Part shown: piece by piece, positions 38,878 through 53,339 of the stretch
Numbering within the stretch: the first letter of the stretch is position 1
Layout of the letters: each line of letters starts with the position of its first letter
Source: the human T2T-CHM13v2.0 reference genome, Homo sapiens
DNA: 64,000 bases
NCBI RefSeq assembly: GCF_009914755.1
Contig: NC_060927.1
Reading direction: 5' to 3' (one strand)
Translations under genes and position numbers: made by a program
The notes under the pieces: generated by a model
Databases searched by the model: none
Seen by the model: only the letters and a program-made list of their open reading frames with translations
Told to the model about the DNA's origin: nothing

Positions 38878-41714
38878 TGCTATTGATACCTGTGATTGCA
38901 TTGTGAAGTTCTCATGTTGTGTTTTTCACCTCCATCAGTTCAGTTACGTTCTTCTTTAAACTGGCTATTTTGGCTATCAGGTCCTGTATTGTTTTATCAT
39001 GATTCTTAGCTTCTTTGCTTTGGGTTACAACATGCTCCTTTAGCTCAGCAAAGTTCGTTATTACCCACCTTCTGAAGCCTACTTGTCAGTTTAGTCATCT
39101 CAGTCTCAGTCCCATTTTGTGCCATTGCTGGAGAGCTGTTGTGGTCATGTGGAAGCAACTAGGCACTCTGGCTTTTTGAGTTTTCAGTATTTTTGCATTG
39201 ATTATTTCTCACTTTTGTGGGTTTATCTACCTTTGATCTTTCAGATTGCTCATCTTTGAGTTGGGTTTTTGTGGGGTCCTTTTTGTTTATGTTATTGTTG
39301 TTTTCTCTTTGTTTTTTTTTTTAACAGTCAGGCTATTCTTCCATAGGGCTGCTGTGGTTTTCTGAGGGTCCACTCCAGACCCTAGTTGCCTTGTCTTTTC
39401 CCATACCAAGGTTACCACCAGTGAAGGCCATGAAACAGCAAAAATGTCAGCCTGTTCTTTCCTCTGGAATCTCCATCCCAGGGGGGTACTGACCTGTTGC
39501 CAGCCTGAACTGCACCTGTAGGAGGAGGCTGGAGACCCCTGTTGGGAGGTCTCATCCAGTCAGGAGTAACAGGATCAGGGACCCACTTAGAAAAACAGTC
39601 TGGCTGCTTTCTAGTAGTGCAGCTGTGCTGCGTTGTGGGAGACCCTTCCTTGTCCAGGCTGTCTGGACTCTCCAGAGCTGGCAGGTTGGAACTGCTGAGT
39701 TGCCTAAACCACAGAGATGTTGGCCACCCCTCCCACTGGGGACTCGGTCCTTCTCAGGCAGACTCAAGCCTGCTGCTGCTGACTGGCTGGAATTTGCCAT
39801 TAGGTCTTAATTTGTGAGACACTGTGGAAGGGGGGCCTGCAGAACATGCTGCTTGGCTTCCGGGATTCAGTTCCCTTCCTAGGGATGGATCTCCCACCTT
39901 GCTGAGAATCCTGGGGGTGGAGTATGCAAAACTCCTGGGTCTCTGTGTGTGCCTGAGTGGCTGCTCTGCTGGGACTCCACACAGCTCTGTTTATTGGACC
40001 CAGTACCCTGGTGGCATGCGCTTATGAGGGGATCTCCTAATCTGCTGGTTGCAAAGATCCGTGGGAGGGGTGTGGTTTCCTGGGCAGGACTGCACAATCA
40101 CTCACCGCTTCCCTTGGCTGGGGTGGGGGGACTGTTGGCTTCATGCCACTCCCGGATGGGCCATCACCCCACCCTGCTTTTTTTCCATTCTCTGCAGGTC
40201 AAGCTGTTTGCCTAGTCAGTAATGTGAGAACCTGGATATTTCAGCTGAGGGTGCTGAACTCACTTGCCACTTTCACTCCTCTCCACGAGTGCTGCAGACC
40301 ACAGCTGCTTTTAATCAGCCATCCTGGCCCTCTCTCCCCACAGATAATTCTTTAATTAAAATTTTGCTAAGTACTCTGAGGGAAAAGTTCAAGGTGAAGA
40401 AACAGCATAATGGGAGAATCTAATAGCATAAGGCGTCAGGGAAAGTCCTGTGTGATAAAGAGACATTTAAGTTGAGTCATAAAAGATAAGTAGAAAGTAG
40501 CCTGATAAAATGGGTGGGAGTGATCAGTGAGGTGAAAGGAATAGATCATCGAAGACTGTGAAGGCAGAAGGACTCTGGTGCATTCTAGGAACTGAGATAA
40601 AGTTCTGCCAAAGGATTGTTAGCCTGGAAGTGAATGACTGGAGAATCCTAATGATATATTTAGTACAGCACCTGGTTCAAAGGGGATGCAAAGTAATCCC
40701 CTTATGGACAGAAGCCCCTTAATAACAGCCTGGACTAGATTAAATGCAGCTGCCACGTCTTCCCTTTTCTTCCTTTGGTTAGTCTTTGTTCAGCTATATC
40801 CTGAAAAGTACTCCATACACATTTTATTTGGATATTACAACTTTCTCCCAGATGGCAAATAACAAATCAATCAGATATTAAGGGACCAGGGCCTGTCTGC
40901 ATTGTTCTTTCAGACATGTTCTATCTTCTGGAAGGGACTGTGTATGGAAACATACAGACTGCCTGATTAACATCTAGATAAGGACATAGCTGAATCTAAA
41001 CTGCTTTTGCTAACAAATATGAAAGCATGTAATGTTGGCTGGAATGGCCAGTTGAGAATGGCTAAATGGCACATGAAAGAGAAGGCTATGAGAAAGCTGA
41101 CAGCTCATGCAGCGTCCAAGCACAACCAGATGGTGGGTTTCTTGATGTCTTTGCTCCCAATATGAGGTAGTGTATTATTGGAATGTTTGAGTGACTTTGT
41201 AACCCTGTTCCCCTTTCTTTGGCCATAAAGCCATCATAAAATGATCCATTCTGTAGGTGTTTAATATCTTTGAAGAGGATCTTAACTAGCTGTAAGAATT
41301 AAGTCATCAATTTTAACACATATGTAAAGCACTTTATGTATTAAAAATCATCATCCCCATTTTATTAGGGGGAATGGCTTGTAGAGAGTGAGATTTATAG
41401 ATCGGTTTTGGTATACGTCTCCTTCTAATTAATATAGTTTAAATAATGACTAATTTTGTAATAGTTTGCTGGTCTCAGACTCATCTACGTTCATCTTATT
41501 TATTTGGTAAGAGCCTGCAGTGCCTAGCACAGTGCTTTAGTTATGTGGAATTTCACCTCTCTGAAACAACAGTGAGGGCCAAGTATAAAACACAAAGTTC
41601 TCTGCCAAAATATTGCGATAAAGTGTGTTCATTTTTTGTTCATTCACTCATTCATTTGCCATGTAACTCTCAGATTTTCTCTGAGTTTGCTATAGAATGC
41701 TGGAAAACATTAAG

Positions 41715-41990
41715 AAGCAGTATATTATAGTGGTTAAGAGCACAGGCTCTGGGGCAAGGCTTCCTGGGCTCATATTCTGGCTCCACCACTTATTAGCTGT
41801 GTGACCTTGGCACAACAACTCTACCTTGTTGTATGTACCCTGCTCTCCTTATCTGTAAATCATGGACACAAAAATAATACTTACCTCAAAGGGCTATTGT
41901 GATAATTAAATGAGGTTTAAGTAATGATTAATGTAAATGAGGGGATAAGAATAGTGCCTGGTATACAGCAAGTGCTACGTAAGTGTTTAT
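41715..41990 (+). mobile_element. MIR
   Basis: gtggttaagagcacaggctctg...gctgtgtgaccttgg...atctgtaaa...gtgcctggtatacagcaagtgct. Confidence 0.85.
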
Positions 41991-43062
41991 GTAAATTATT
42001 TCATTACAATGGTGAAAAAAGCACTACATCTTACTAAGTGATTTTTTTAATAACAAAAGGTTTTGATGTCTGAAGGGGTAAATAAACCTGAGCTACACCT
42101 AAAACTTGGCTATCCTGAATGAATCATGCCTTTAGAGCTTTTTTAAAAAAATGCTTTATTGAAGAGAAATTCACATTAACAGAAAATTGACCATTTCAAA
42201 GTGAACTATTCAATGGGACTTAGTACATTCATAATGTTGTGCAACTACCACCTCTATCTACTTTCAGACATTTCTATCACTCCAAAATAAAACCCCTTAT
42301 CCATTAAGTAGCTTCTCCCCAATCTCTCAAGTCTCCAGTCCCTGGCAGCCACAAATCTCTTCTGTCTCTGTGGATTTGCCTATTCTGGATATTTCATAAA
42401 AGTGGAATCATACATTATGTGACCTTTTTTTGTCTGGCTTCTTTCACTGAGCATGTTTTGGAGGTTCCTCCACATTGTAGCAAGTGTCAGTACTGCATTC
42501 CTTCTTATGGCTGAATGCCATTCCATTGCAATACATACAAATGGCTGAGTGCTATTCCACTGTAATACATACATCATTTTTTAATCCATTCATTTGTTGA
42601 TGAACACTTGGGCTGTTTTCACATTTTGGCTAATGTGAATTGTGCTGCTATGATTATGTATGTACATGCACTTGTTTGAATACCTGTTTTCCATTCTTTT
42701 GGGTATATACCTAGGAATGGAAATGTAGGGTTACATGGTAATTCTACATTTCACTTTCTGAGGAACTGCCACACTGTTTCCCCACAGCGGGTGAACGATT
42801 TTATGTTCCTACCAGTAATGTACAGGGGTTCCAATTTCTCTACATCCTTGCCAACCCTTATTCCCATCCTAGTGGGTATTAAGTGGTACCTCACTGTGAT
42901 TTTAACTTGCATTTCCCTAATGGCTAATGATATTGAACATTTTTTCACGTGTTTGTCTACCATTTGGATATCTTATTTGAAGAAATGTCTATTCAAGTCC
43001 TTTGATTATTTTTAAATTGAGTTGTTTGTCTTTTTGTTGTTGAGTTTTAAGAGTTCTTTATA

Positions 43063-43388
43063 CAGTCATCCCTTGGTATCCACAAGGGATTGGTTCCTAG
43101 GACTCTACACAGATACCAAAATCTGCAGATGCTCAAGTCCCTTATGTAAAACAGCACAGTATTTACATATAACCTATGCACATCTTCCAGTATACCTTAA
43201 ATCATCTCTATATTACCTACAATACCTAATACAATGAAAATGCTAGGAAATAGTTATACACACTGTTTATTTGTATTACTTTTATTGTTATATTGTTTTT
43301 TTAATTTTTTTCCCCTGAATATTTTTCATCTGCACTTGGTTGAAAATCTGTGAATGGGGAAGCTGCAGATATGGAGGGTGGGCTGACT
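43063..43388. mobile_element. MER2-like (TcMar-Tigger) MITE
   Basis: ta|cagtcatcccttggtatcc start; degenerate inverted end gatatggagggtgggctgact|at. Confidence 0.75.
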
Positions 43389-43853
43389 ATATTCCGGGTA
43401 CTAGAATATACTAGAATGTTTTCTCTCTATATATTCATATATAAACCAGGATACATATCGTATCAGATATATGATTTGCAAATATTTTCTCACATGCTGT
43501 AGGTTTTCTCTTCACTTTCTTGATGGTGTTCTTTGATACACAAAAGTTTTACATTTTGATGAAGTACAATTTATCTATTTTTAAAAACTTTGTTGCTGTG
43601 CTTTTGGTATCATATCTAATACTATTGACAATGCAAGGTCATGAAGATTTACCTTTTTTTCTCTAAGAGTTTTACAGTTTCAGCTCTTATATTTAGGTCA
43701 AGGAAACATTTTTAGTTAATTTTTGTATACGATATGTGGTAGGAGTCCACCTCATTTTTTTGCATGTGGATATACAGAATCATCTGTTGAAGAGACTATT
43801 CTCCTTCTATTAAATGGTCTTATAGCCCTTTTTGAAATCAAATGTATGGTTTG

Positions 43854-44226
43854 TGTATTAGTTCCTTCTCAGGCTGCTATGAAGAAATATCCAAGACTGG
43901 GTAATTTATAAAGGAAAGAGGTTTAATTGACTCACAGTTCTGCATGGCTGACAAGGCCTCAGGAAACTTACAATCATGGTGGAAGGGGAAGCAAACATGT
44001 TCTTCTTCATAAAGCAGCAGGAGAGAGAAGTGCTGAGCAAAGAGGGGAAAGCCTCTTATAAAACAATCAGATCTCATGAGAGCTTACTATCACAAGAAGA
44101 GCATGAGGGTAACTGCAGCCATGATTCAATTACCTCTCACCGGGTCTCTCCCACCACAACACATGGGGATTACGAGAACTACAACTCAAGATGAGATTTG
44201 GGTGGGGACACAGCCAAACCATATCA
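43854..44226 (-). mobile_element. THE1-family solo LTR
   Basis: tgtattag...acacagccaaaccatatca; perfect 5-bp TSD gtttg at 43849-43853 and 44227-44231. Confidence 0.93.
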
Positions 44227-47050
44227 GTTTGTTTCTCGACCCAATTCTATTCAGTTGGTCTATATGTCAATCCTTATTCCAAAGCCAAATTGTTTTGGTT
44301 ACTGTAGCTTCGCAGTAAGTTTTGAAATTGGGAAGTGTGAATCCTTCAACTTTGATCTTCATTTTCAAGACTGTTTTGGCTATTTGGGTCCCCTTGCTAT
44401 TCCACAGGAATTTCAGATCAACTTTTCCATTTCTGCAAAAAAGCCCATTGGAATTTTTGGAGAAATTGCATTGAATCTGTATCTCAACAATATTAAATCT
44501 TCTAATCCATGCATGTGAGATGTCTTTCCATTTATTTAGGTCTTCTTTAATTTCTTGCAGGAACGTTTTGTAGTTTTCAGTGTACTTTCTTCTTCTTCAT
44601 TACATTTATTCCTAGGTAGTTAACTATTTTGGATGCTATTGTAAATGGAATTGTTATTTTTAGAGTTTCTGAGAGATGAGGTTCTATTATAAATAATATT
44701 TTATAAATGTTTAATTTTAAAATATAATAGATATTTGAATCAGAATAATTGTGAGTCTTGATATACAGATATTCATGACCCATTTTTGGTGGTTCTACTA
44801 TTGGCTGCTGGGCACCTCTGTTATACTAAGACCATACCCCCTATCTTGTCCTGAGGAGATTTGCTAGGAAAGGGCATTTTGAGTTCATCTCCACTACAGG
44901 AAGGTATAGAAATAGAGCCTTAAACTAATGAGATTTGGGTATGATGTGCATTCACCTGATTTGGAGATGAAAATAGAGGTGAGGAAACACCCAACATAAG
45001 AATACCAAATATTATTACAACTAATAATAAATACTAAAACCACAAAATCATTCTGATTATTGGTGGAGGTAAACTTGTGCACTGTTGAGGTCTTGAATTC
45101 CATCTTGTGTGACTGCAGCACAAAATGCCTCACTTCCATGGGCTTTCTTTTCCTTATTTGTCTAATTAAGACATTGGATTAGAGCATCTCTAAGGTCCCT
45201 CCCTGTTCAGTGAGTCTATTAAGGCTAGATGTCAGTGTTTCTAGATTCTCCGTGGCTTCTGAAGGAATAAATTTTCTTCACATTGCTTGACACTCTATAA
45301 AGGTTTATTGAACGGAGACAGTGAATGGATGAATAGTTAAATAAATAGCCAATCTTTAATTCATTAATTAATCAAACACTTATGATAAGTTACCAGTGCC
45401 AGGTCATTTGCTAGAGACAAAAACATGAAAATACAGGGTCTATGCCTTCCAGGGCCTCTTAGTCTGAAATCATACCTTAATTTTTCTTTTCTCACATTTC
45501 TGAACACAGAATACACAGAACACAGAGCACAGAATATTTGAGAAAGAGACCTGAACTGGGGAGTAAGGAGACCTGTATCATCATCACTGGTGTATCATAT
45601 CTTGCTTCATGGATCATCATTTGATCTTCTCTCTTCTCATTTCTCTCCTCTGTCTTCCTTTTACTTAACAATCTACACAGATATTATCATTGCTTGTTCT
45701 ACTCCCCTTGTTTTTCTCCTCTTTCTCTTATCTATCTAAATATGCATTCTGGTTTTTATCTTAAACACAGAATGATATGAGTTAATCAATAATTCAGTCA
45801 TAGAAATGCCTAAAAATGCCAGCTCATGTCTCCTCAGGAGCCATAAAAGTAATAAAGTAAATTGAATCAGTACGCTTTACTACTTGTCCAGCAAAAGTCA
45901 TTCTTCTGGAAAAGTGAAAACTGATTAATTGCTTGATGCAAGATTCCAAAAAATTCACTTTCTATTATATCCCACTGTGTAAAGAGAGAATAGAGAGGAA
46001 TCAGGCAAAATCTCCTAGCTTGGGTGAGTTTAAGAAGTTCTAGACTGAAATGATAGCAGTTTAAGTAATCCAAGGACAATAAAGTACTGAGCTCAAGTAA
46101 GCACTTAATTCAAAATTTTTAAATCAAATCCCAGTGTGGAATTTAAGAAATAGGTTAAAAAGCTTCCTATGAAAAAGTTCTCAACACAGCCTCATCAGTC
46201 TTTGCAGAATAAAGACAAAAGATATCTGTTACTTATTGCAATATAGATACCCTCAACACAGCCAGTCACCAAATCTTGGCATTCTTACTCCATGGCATCT
46301 CTTGTATCTTTCCTTTTTAAATCTGTCTCTCTTCTACCAGCACATGAGAAGCAGCAAACTGAAATAATTAGGAATATAAGCTCTGGAACCCTACTGCAAG
46401 GTTCAAGTCCTGGCTGTACTACTGAAGAATAGTGTGACATTGTGCACCTTACTTGACCTCTCCATGCCTCAGTTTTCCTACATATAAAATGGTGATAATG
46501 GCAACATCCATCTCACAGAGTTGTTATGAACACTAGGTAAGTTCATATCTATAAGTGTTTAGAACTCTGCCTAGGTCACATCAAGAAGTAATGCTGTAAT
46601 CAGCACCACAATCATCATCACCATCCCCACTACCGTCATTATTATCACAATCATTGCATCACTTCTACTGCCCACCTCCTTGACCAAGGACACTCAATTT
46701 GTCCTATACTATGTTATCCTTTGTCCTTTTATGTGTAATTGTCTTCATAATGAACTCTTGTATTAACTTTTCTAACGTCTATAATTACACACAGAACTCA
46801 CAGGACAGGAACTGAGCTCTACATCTTTATGTCAACCCAAATATGCAGCCTAGTGTGGCAATATTGTATTATACCTTCTACCCTGCCACCATACTGAACT
46901 TGTTCCTTGAGCATATGAGATCCTTTCATGATGCCATGGCTTTATACATATATGCCCTTTCCTCTGCCTGAAATGCTTTTTCTACTCATTGTCCTATTTT
47001 CATTGTTGGGAAAATAATTATTAATACTTTTCCTTCAAGATGCAGTACAG

Positions 47051-47347
47051 GGCTAGGTGCAGTGGCTCACAACTGTAATCCCAGCACTTTGGGAGGCCAA
47101 GGTGGGATCACTTGAGTCTAGGAGTTCAAGACCAGCCTAGGGAACATAGTGATGCCCTGCCTCTACTCAAAATAGAAAAAAATTAGCTAGGCAGGTGGTA
47201 CACACCTGTAGTCCCAGCTCATCAGGAGGCTGAGGCAGGAGGATAGCTTGAGCCCATGGAGGCTGAGGCTGCAGTGAGCTGTGATCACGCCACTGCACTA
47301 CAGCCTGGGCAACGGAGTGAGATCCTCTCAAAAACAAAAGCAAAAAA
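47051..47347 (+). mobile_element. AluJ-type element
   Basis: Diverged Alu; TSD caagatgcagt on both sides. Confidence 0.92.
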
Positions 47348-47498
47348 CAAGATGCAGTCTGGAAAGTAAACTTCTTAGGTCAGTATCTCCTAAACAGTGG
47401 CTATGGACAGATACTGATCCAGGAAGTCATTTTCACTAGTCTATGGTGAAAATGTCAGCCTCCATTCCTAAATTAAGACCTTCCTACTTTGTGCCTCA

Positions 47499-47541
47499 TG
47501 TGTGTGTGTGTGTGTGTGTATGTATGTGTGTGTGTCTGTGT
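47499..47541 (+). repeat. (TG)n microsatellite, interrupted
   Basis: tgtgtgtgtg...tatgtatgtgtgtgtgtctgtgt. Confidence 0.9.
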
Positions 47542-48859
47542 AAATGTCCTTTCATTTAATGAAACAATCAGAATAACTGAAGTTTTTCTTGTTTGTGTGT
47601 TTTAATCTTCTGATTTGACAAATTTATATGTCGGCAACCTATGGTAGTCAAATTTTTCTTAACCTGACAGGTCTGTGAAATCCAAGAACCTCACCAAATG
47701 GCTCTCTCAAGTAAGGGGCAAGTGCTCCAGACTCTCCTCTTACTGCTAAGTAAGCTCATTAGTGAAGTTACCATTGGGATTTAATACACTATTACATGTA
47801 AGGTTTCTTGCCAGACCCTGAGCAGGGAAGCAGGGGCTGCATCATCCCGGGGTCTGGTGAACAGAAGACAGATAAATGTTTAACATCTGCACACTGCATT
47901 ATCATTTATGCACATCTATTTTTGTATTTGATTGGATCTCTACAATAACCTTATAGCAATCAATGAGAAAGCAAAGCTCAGAGATGTTCAGAACTCATAC
48001 AAACCCACAAAGTTGGTGCAGGATCACAGCAATGTACTGTGTGGGAACATTACTCCATGTCTTAGGCGCTACAATACCAACTTAACTTTTCTAAGATGTA
48101 CTTGGTTTACACACTTTGTGTTTGCACTGGAAATATGATAATAGCATTTTACCTAATCAAGGCATAAGTATTATCCTCATTTTACTGATAAGGAAGCTGA
48201 AGCATAAAGATAGGGTGCGTACAAGGCGAAGTACTGGCAGCTAAGATGAAAGGAATACGGGGTTATACACCACAGCACCTTGAACCATAGTGTGCTTCCC
48301 CGTGTCTATTCAGAACATTTCAGGCCATCTGAGAGGCTACATTCATAAGGTTTCTTTTCAGGCCTTCCAAATACCTGAAAGAAATCACACCAATGCTCGT
48401 TCTTAGACTCCCTTACGGATAATCCATTCATTTTTAATAAAATTAATTTTTAAACAAAATAATACATCTATATTATTTAAAAGCTCCAGTGGTACTACAA
48501 AATTATAAGAAAAAAATCACTGTTACCCTTTCACCTAAGGCTGCCCTTCCACCTCCCTTATCCCAAAGTCTTGCAATGCAGAGGCAAGTATTTTCAAGCC
48601 TTTCAGTTATATCTTCTACATCTTCTAGTGTTTATTTCCATAATTATACATAGTAGCTTTATACTAATATTTTTTCACTTTTCAGTTTTGGATAATATCT
48701 CTGACTTCCTATTTTGAAAGAAAGAGGATTCACCATTCTTAAGCCACCACCCCGTTTTCCTTCCCTTCTCTCATCCTTCTAATATGATTTTTCATAATTT
48801 TTGGATAAATTCTTATTCAGTGTTTTACATTACTAAGATCATACTAAAAAGTTTATACT

Positions 48860-49745
48860 ACACACATATTAGAACGGTGAAATATCCAAAACAGTGACAA
48901 CACCAAATGCCGGTGAGAATGTGGAGTAATAGGAACTCGTATTCACTGCTGGGGGAAATGAAATATGGTACAGCCACTTTGGAAGACAGTTTGCAAGTTT
49001 CTTACAAAACTAAACATGCTGTTACCATACAGTCCAGCAACCACAATCCTTGGTATATCCAAATGAGTTGAAAAGTGTATCCACAAAAAAACCCCACACA
49101 AAAATGTTTATAACAGTTTTATTCATAATTGCAAAAGCCTGGAAGCAATGAAGATGTCTTTCAATAGGTGAATGGATGAATAAACTGTGGTACATGTATA
49201 CAATGGAATATTATCCGGTGTTAAAAAGAATTGAGCTATGACGGCATTAACAGATATGGAGGGACCTTAAATGCGTATTACTAAGTGAAAGAAGCCAATC
49301 TGAAAAGGCTACATACTATATACTTTTAACTATGACATTCTGGAGAAGGAAAATTAGGAAGACAATTTAAAAAAATGAGTGGTTGCCAGGGGTTAGGGGA
49401 AGAAAGAAAGAAATAGCTGGAGCACAGAAGACCTTTAGGGCAGTGAACCTATTCTGTGTGATACTATAGTACTAGCTAGACACAGGTCTTTACCTATTTG
49501 CAAGAACCCAAAGAGCGTATAGTACCAAGAATGAATTCTAATGTAAACTATAGACTTTGGATGATAATGATGTCTCAGTGTAAGTTCATCGATTGTAACA
49601 TATGTACCATTCTGTTATGCATGTTCACAGTGGGGAAGGCTACATGCATGTGGGGACAAAGGACATGATGAAAACTCTATACTGTCCGCTTCATTTTACT
49701 ATGAGCCTAAAACTGCTAAAAAAATAAAGTCTACTTAAAAAAAAA
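48860..49745 (+). mobile_element. L1M (MC/MB-like) 3' fragment
   Basis: gtacagccactttggaagacagtttg...gaaagaagccaatctgaaaaggctacatact...aaataaagtc. Confidence 0.8.
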
Positions 49746-50134
49746 GTTGTGCATATCTGAGCTACATGATATATTACGATATTTCTTCTCTTGTACAACT
49801 TTTTGTTTTTCTTGATGTTGATTATTGCTTTGTTTTGTTGTAGGTTTTCTACACTTCTAACATTAATTCTTTCTAAATCCTCCATTAGCACTACAACACC
49901 ACAATCAATTTTATTCTTCATGTTCAAACACATCATACTCTATCAGATACATTTTTTTCCTGGAAACTTTTCTCCTGAAAGTTTCCATTTTTCTGCTAAA
50001 CTCTGGACAGTCTGCCTATAGATGTGCTGTCCAAGAGTCATCCTTTGAATTCTTTTGTGCTTAATTCTAGAAATCCTTTTGCTTTCTTTTCTTAAAGACT
50101 TAACTTTCTTGTTTTAAATTAAATTAAGTTTAAT

Positions 50135-50575
50135 TTAATTTTAAGTTCTGGGGTACATGGGCAGGATGTGCAGGTTTGTTACATAGGTAAACATGTGCCA
50201 TGGTGGTTGGTTGCATCTATCAACTCATCATCTAAGTATTAAGCCCAGCATACATTAGCTATTTTGCCTGAAGTTCTCCCTCCTCTTGTTCCCTACTCCC
50301 CAACAGGCCCCAGTGTGTGTTGTTCCCCTCCCTGTGTCCATATGTTTTCATTGCTCAGCTCCCACTTATGAGTGAGAACATGCAGTGTTTGGTTTTCTAT
50401 TCCTGTGCTAGTTAGCTGAGGATGATGGCTTCCAACTTCATCCACGTCCCTGCAAAGGACATGATCTCATTCCTTTTATGGCTGCATAGTATTATTCCCT
50501 GGTGTATCTGTACCACATTTTCTTTATTCAGTCTATCACTGATGGGCATTTGGGTTGATTCCATGTATTTGCTAT
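50135..50575 (-). mobile_element. 5'-truncated L1PA 3' end
   Basis: ttttaagttctggggtacatgggcaggatgtgcaggtttgttacataggtaaacatgtgcc...; approximate TSD aagactt(t/-)a(a/-)cttt. Confidence 0.85.
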
Positions 50576-53339
50576 TAAGACTTTACTTTTTTGGAGCAGC
50601 TTCTCTCTTTGCTTTTCTCCTGGATGAAATTTTCTGTTTCTTGAATCCTATATACTTCTTTTTCTTCACCCACTCACTCATTTTTGTGGAGAATATCTTC
50701 GAGATATTTTCTGAGAAACGATGTAAATAAATTTTTGAGGCCTTGTATCTTCATTCTGCATCATTTGATTGATAGATTGGATGCATATAGAACTTTAGGT
50801 TGATAATAATTTTTCCTTAGACTTTTAAAGGTAGTTTCAAGGTCTTCTATCATCTAACATTGCTATTAAGAAGTTAGATATCATTCTTATTCCCAATCCT
50901 TTGTACATAAATTGTATTTTTTTAAATTGTGGAAGTTTAAAGGATCTTCTCTTTATCTTTCCTGTTCTAAAATTTCACAGTGCTAAGTCTTTTTCATTAG
51001 TTGTTCTGGCATGTGATGAGCTATCTCAATCTGAAAATATCTGTCCTTGAATTTTGGGAAATCTTATATTTCTGTTTCTTCTAGTCTCTCTTTCTGGAAT
51101 CCTTTTACTCTGATGGTGAACTCCGTGGACTAATACCTAATATTGGTAGCATTTCCATCCTATTTTTAGTCTTTTGCACTTATTTCTCTTATTTTTTGGT
51201 TTTATATCTTCAGAGGAAGAAAACACCACCTAGAGCCTCAAAATATTTCCTAAGTTTTGATACCCAATGTCCATCATTAACTCAAAACTTATCAGGCATA
51301 CCAAGAGACAAGACCAAGGGAAAAATAAACAGATAATAGAACTAGGCCTACATATAGATCCAAATATTGGAGTTGTGAGCTAAATGCTTTAAAATAAGTT
51401 TGATTAACATATTTGAGAAATGTGTTAACAAGATGTAGAACTCCATCTTATGAATGGAAACTATAAAAAAGAACCAAATGCAAATTCTAGAATCAAAAAA
51501 TATAGTAACTGAAATTAAGAATGCTGAAGTATGCATTCATTCTGCTCTGAGATAAATGCCTACATGAATGCCCCAAGAGAAGTAAAGAAGAATGCTTCTA
51601 GCACCATTATTCATAACAGCTGAAAACAGATAAATAAAATCAGGTATATCCATTCAATAGCATACTATACAGTACTGGAAATCAGAAAATTACTGTTATG
51701 TGCCACAACATAAATGAATCTCACAAAGAATGTTTAGTACAAGAATGCATACATGAAATATGTACTATGTGATTCCATTTATATAAATGTAAAAGATAGG
51801 TAATATTAATCTGTTAGAAGTCAGTATAGAGGTTATCTCTTAGGAGAAGGAAGGAAGTGATGATTGGGAGGAGACATAAGCAGGCTTGTAGGATGCTTGT
51901 AATGCTTGATCTGGGTGGTGGTTACAGAAATGTGTTCACTTTGTGGTAATACCTCCAGTTGTACACTTATGATTTCTGCATGTTTCTATATGTATATAAA
52001 ATCTATAATATAGTAACACTTATAATACACCTCAATTAAATGTTTATTGAAGTAAAATAAAAACACATTATTCTTATTTTATAGATGCAGTATCTTAACT
52101 CTGAAAAAAACCATGGATATTCCCTGTCATATCTATTTCCTTCTTGTTAATTTTGATGTCTATCAAGTGCCTGATGCACCCATGTTCAAAAGCTCTCTGA
52201 TTCAGTTTCTCCAGAGACTAAATCTCCTGTGGCTTGGTTATATGGAGTTAGAGCAGGAACCTGGGGTCCTCCTATAGCAACCCGTACAGAATTTTGGCCA
52301 ATCTCCCTGTTTTCAGCCCTCATCCTTAGCCTGCCTTTGCCAGTATGTAAAGCTGCAAATTCTTGAGCCTCTCTGAAACTCCTTGGCAAACTTCTCTATA
52401 AACCTAAAGGTTTCAGTTTTCTTTGCTCTTCTAAGTCATTGCTTAATCTTATAAAATTTACAAACGTCTCTTGTCCGTTATTGTCTCCCCTCCCATATTC
52501 TTTATTCTGGTGGATTTATGCCTTTTTTATTCCTATATAGTAATTTCAGTGGAGCTTGAGGAAGGATCAGAGATTGAAACATGCATTTACTTTGCTATGT
52601 TTGATCCACTTTTTTCTTTACATTTATTTTAAAATATTAATCAGGTTATGATTCACCTCCTATGATCTGATGTACACTGCACAAATATTTCTATAAATTT
52701 TGAGGCTTCTTATTAGCTGGGTGCCATTTAAAAAAATGAAATCTTTCACTTTCTCGTATAGTCTGTAAGTGGGTACATAAGATGAGCAGCCACACTGTGG
52801 TGTGTGATCTCTTTGGAGAGCTGTTAATACACTGCTGTGCTTTATTATCAAATGAAATTTATAGGCACAGTGTCCTGTTCCACAGAGTGAGCCACATCAA
52901 GATTTCTCAGGCACACACCCAGATGGAGCACAAATCTGAAGTCTAGATAGAAACTTCTAAGTAATCACCTTTGACATCTTATATGCAGCCCTGCTTCCTG
53001 GACTTCTAGAAGAATTGATTTAACAAATAATAATCCCAGATGAAAATCAAAAGGAGGCATCAGTATTCTTTCAATACTTTTGGTTGTTTAAAACCATCTG
53101 AGCAGTATGGTGTGCTACCTTATGAATTCCAGGGAGCTGAGTTACCTGCAGAGTATATTTATAAATCAAATTATGAACAATTAATGTAAATATTTCTAGT
53201 CTCTCTAGAAATATGAGGAAGAACTCAACTCTTTCCATTTTAACTTGATCACTAGAAAATTAATATGATTTCTCCCAAATGACTTCCTGAAATGTACACA
53301 GAGTAATAAGACAGCATAATGGACAGAGATTTTTGAATG

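Larger units (their letters stand above)
42140..44660 (-). mobile_element. L1MB/L1M fragment interrupted by a MER2-like element and a THE1 solo LTR
   Basis: L1M 3' UTR and ORF2 C-terminal motifs (ORFs 42380..42577 and 42751..42963). Confidence 0.8.
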
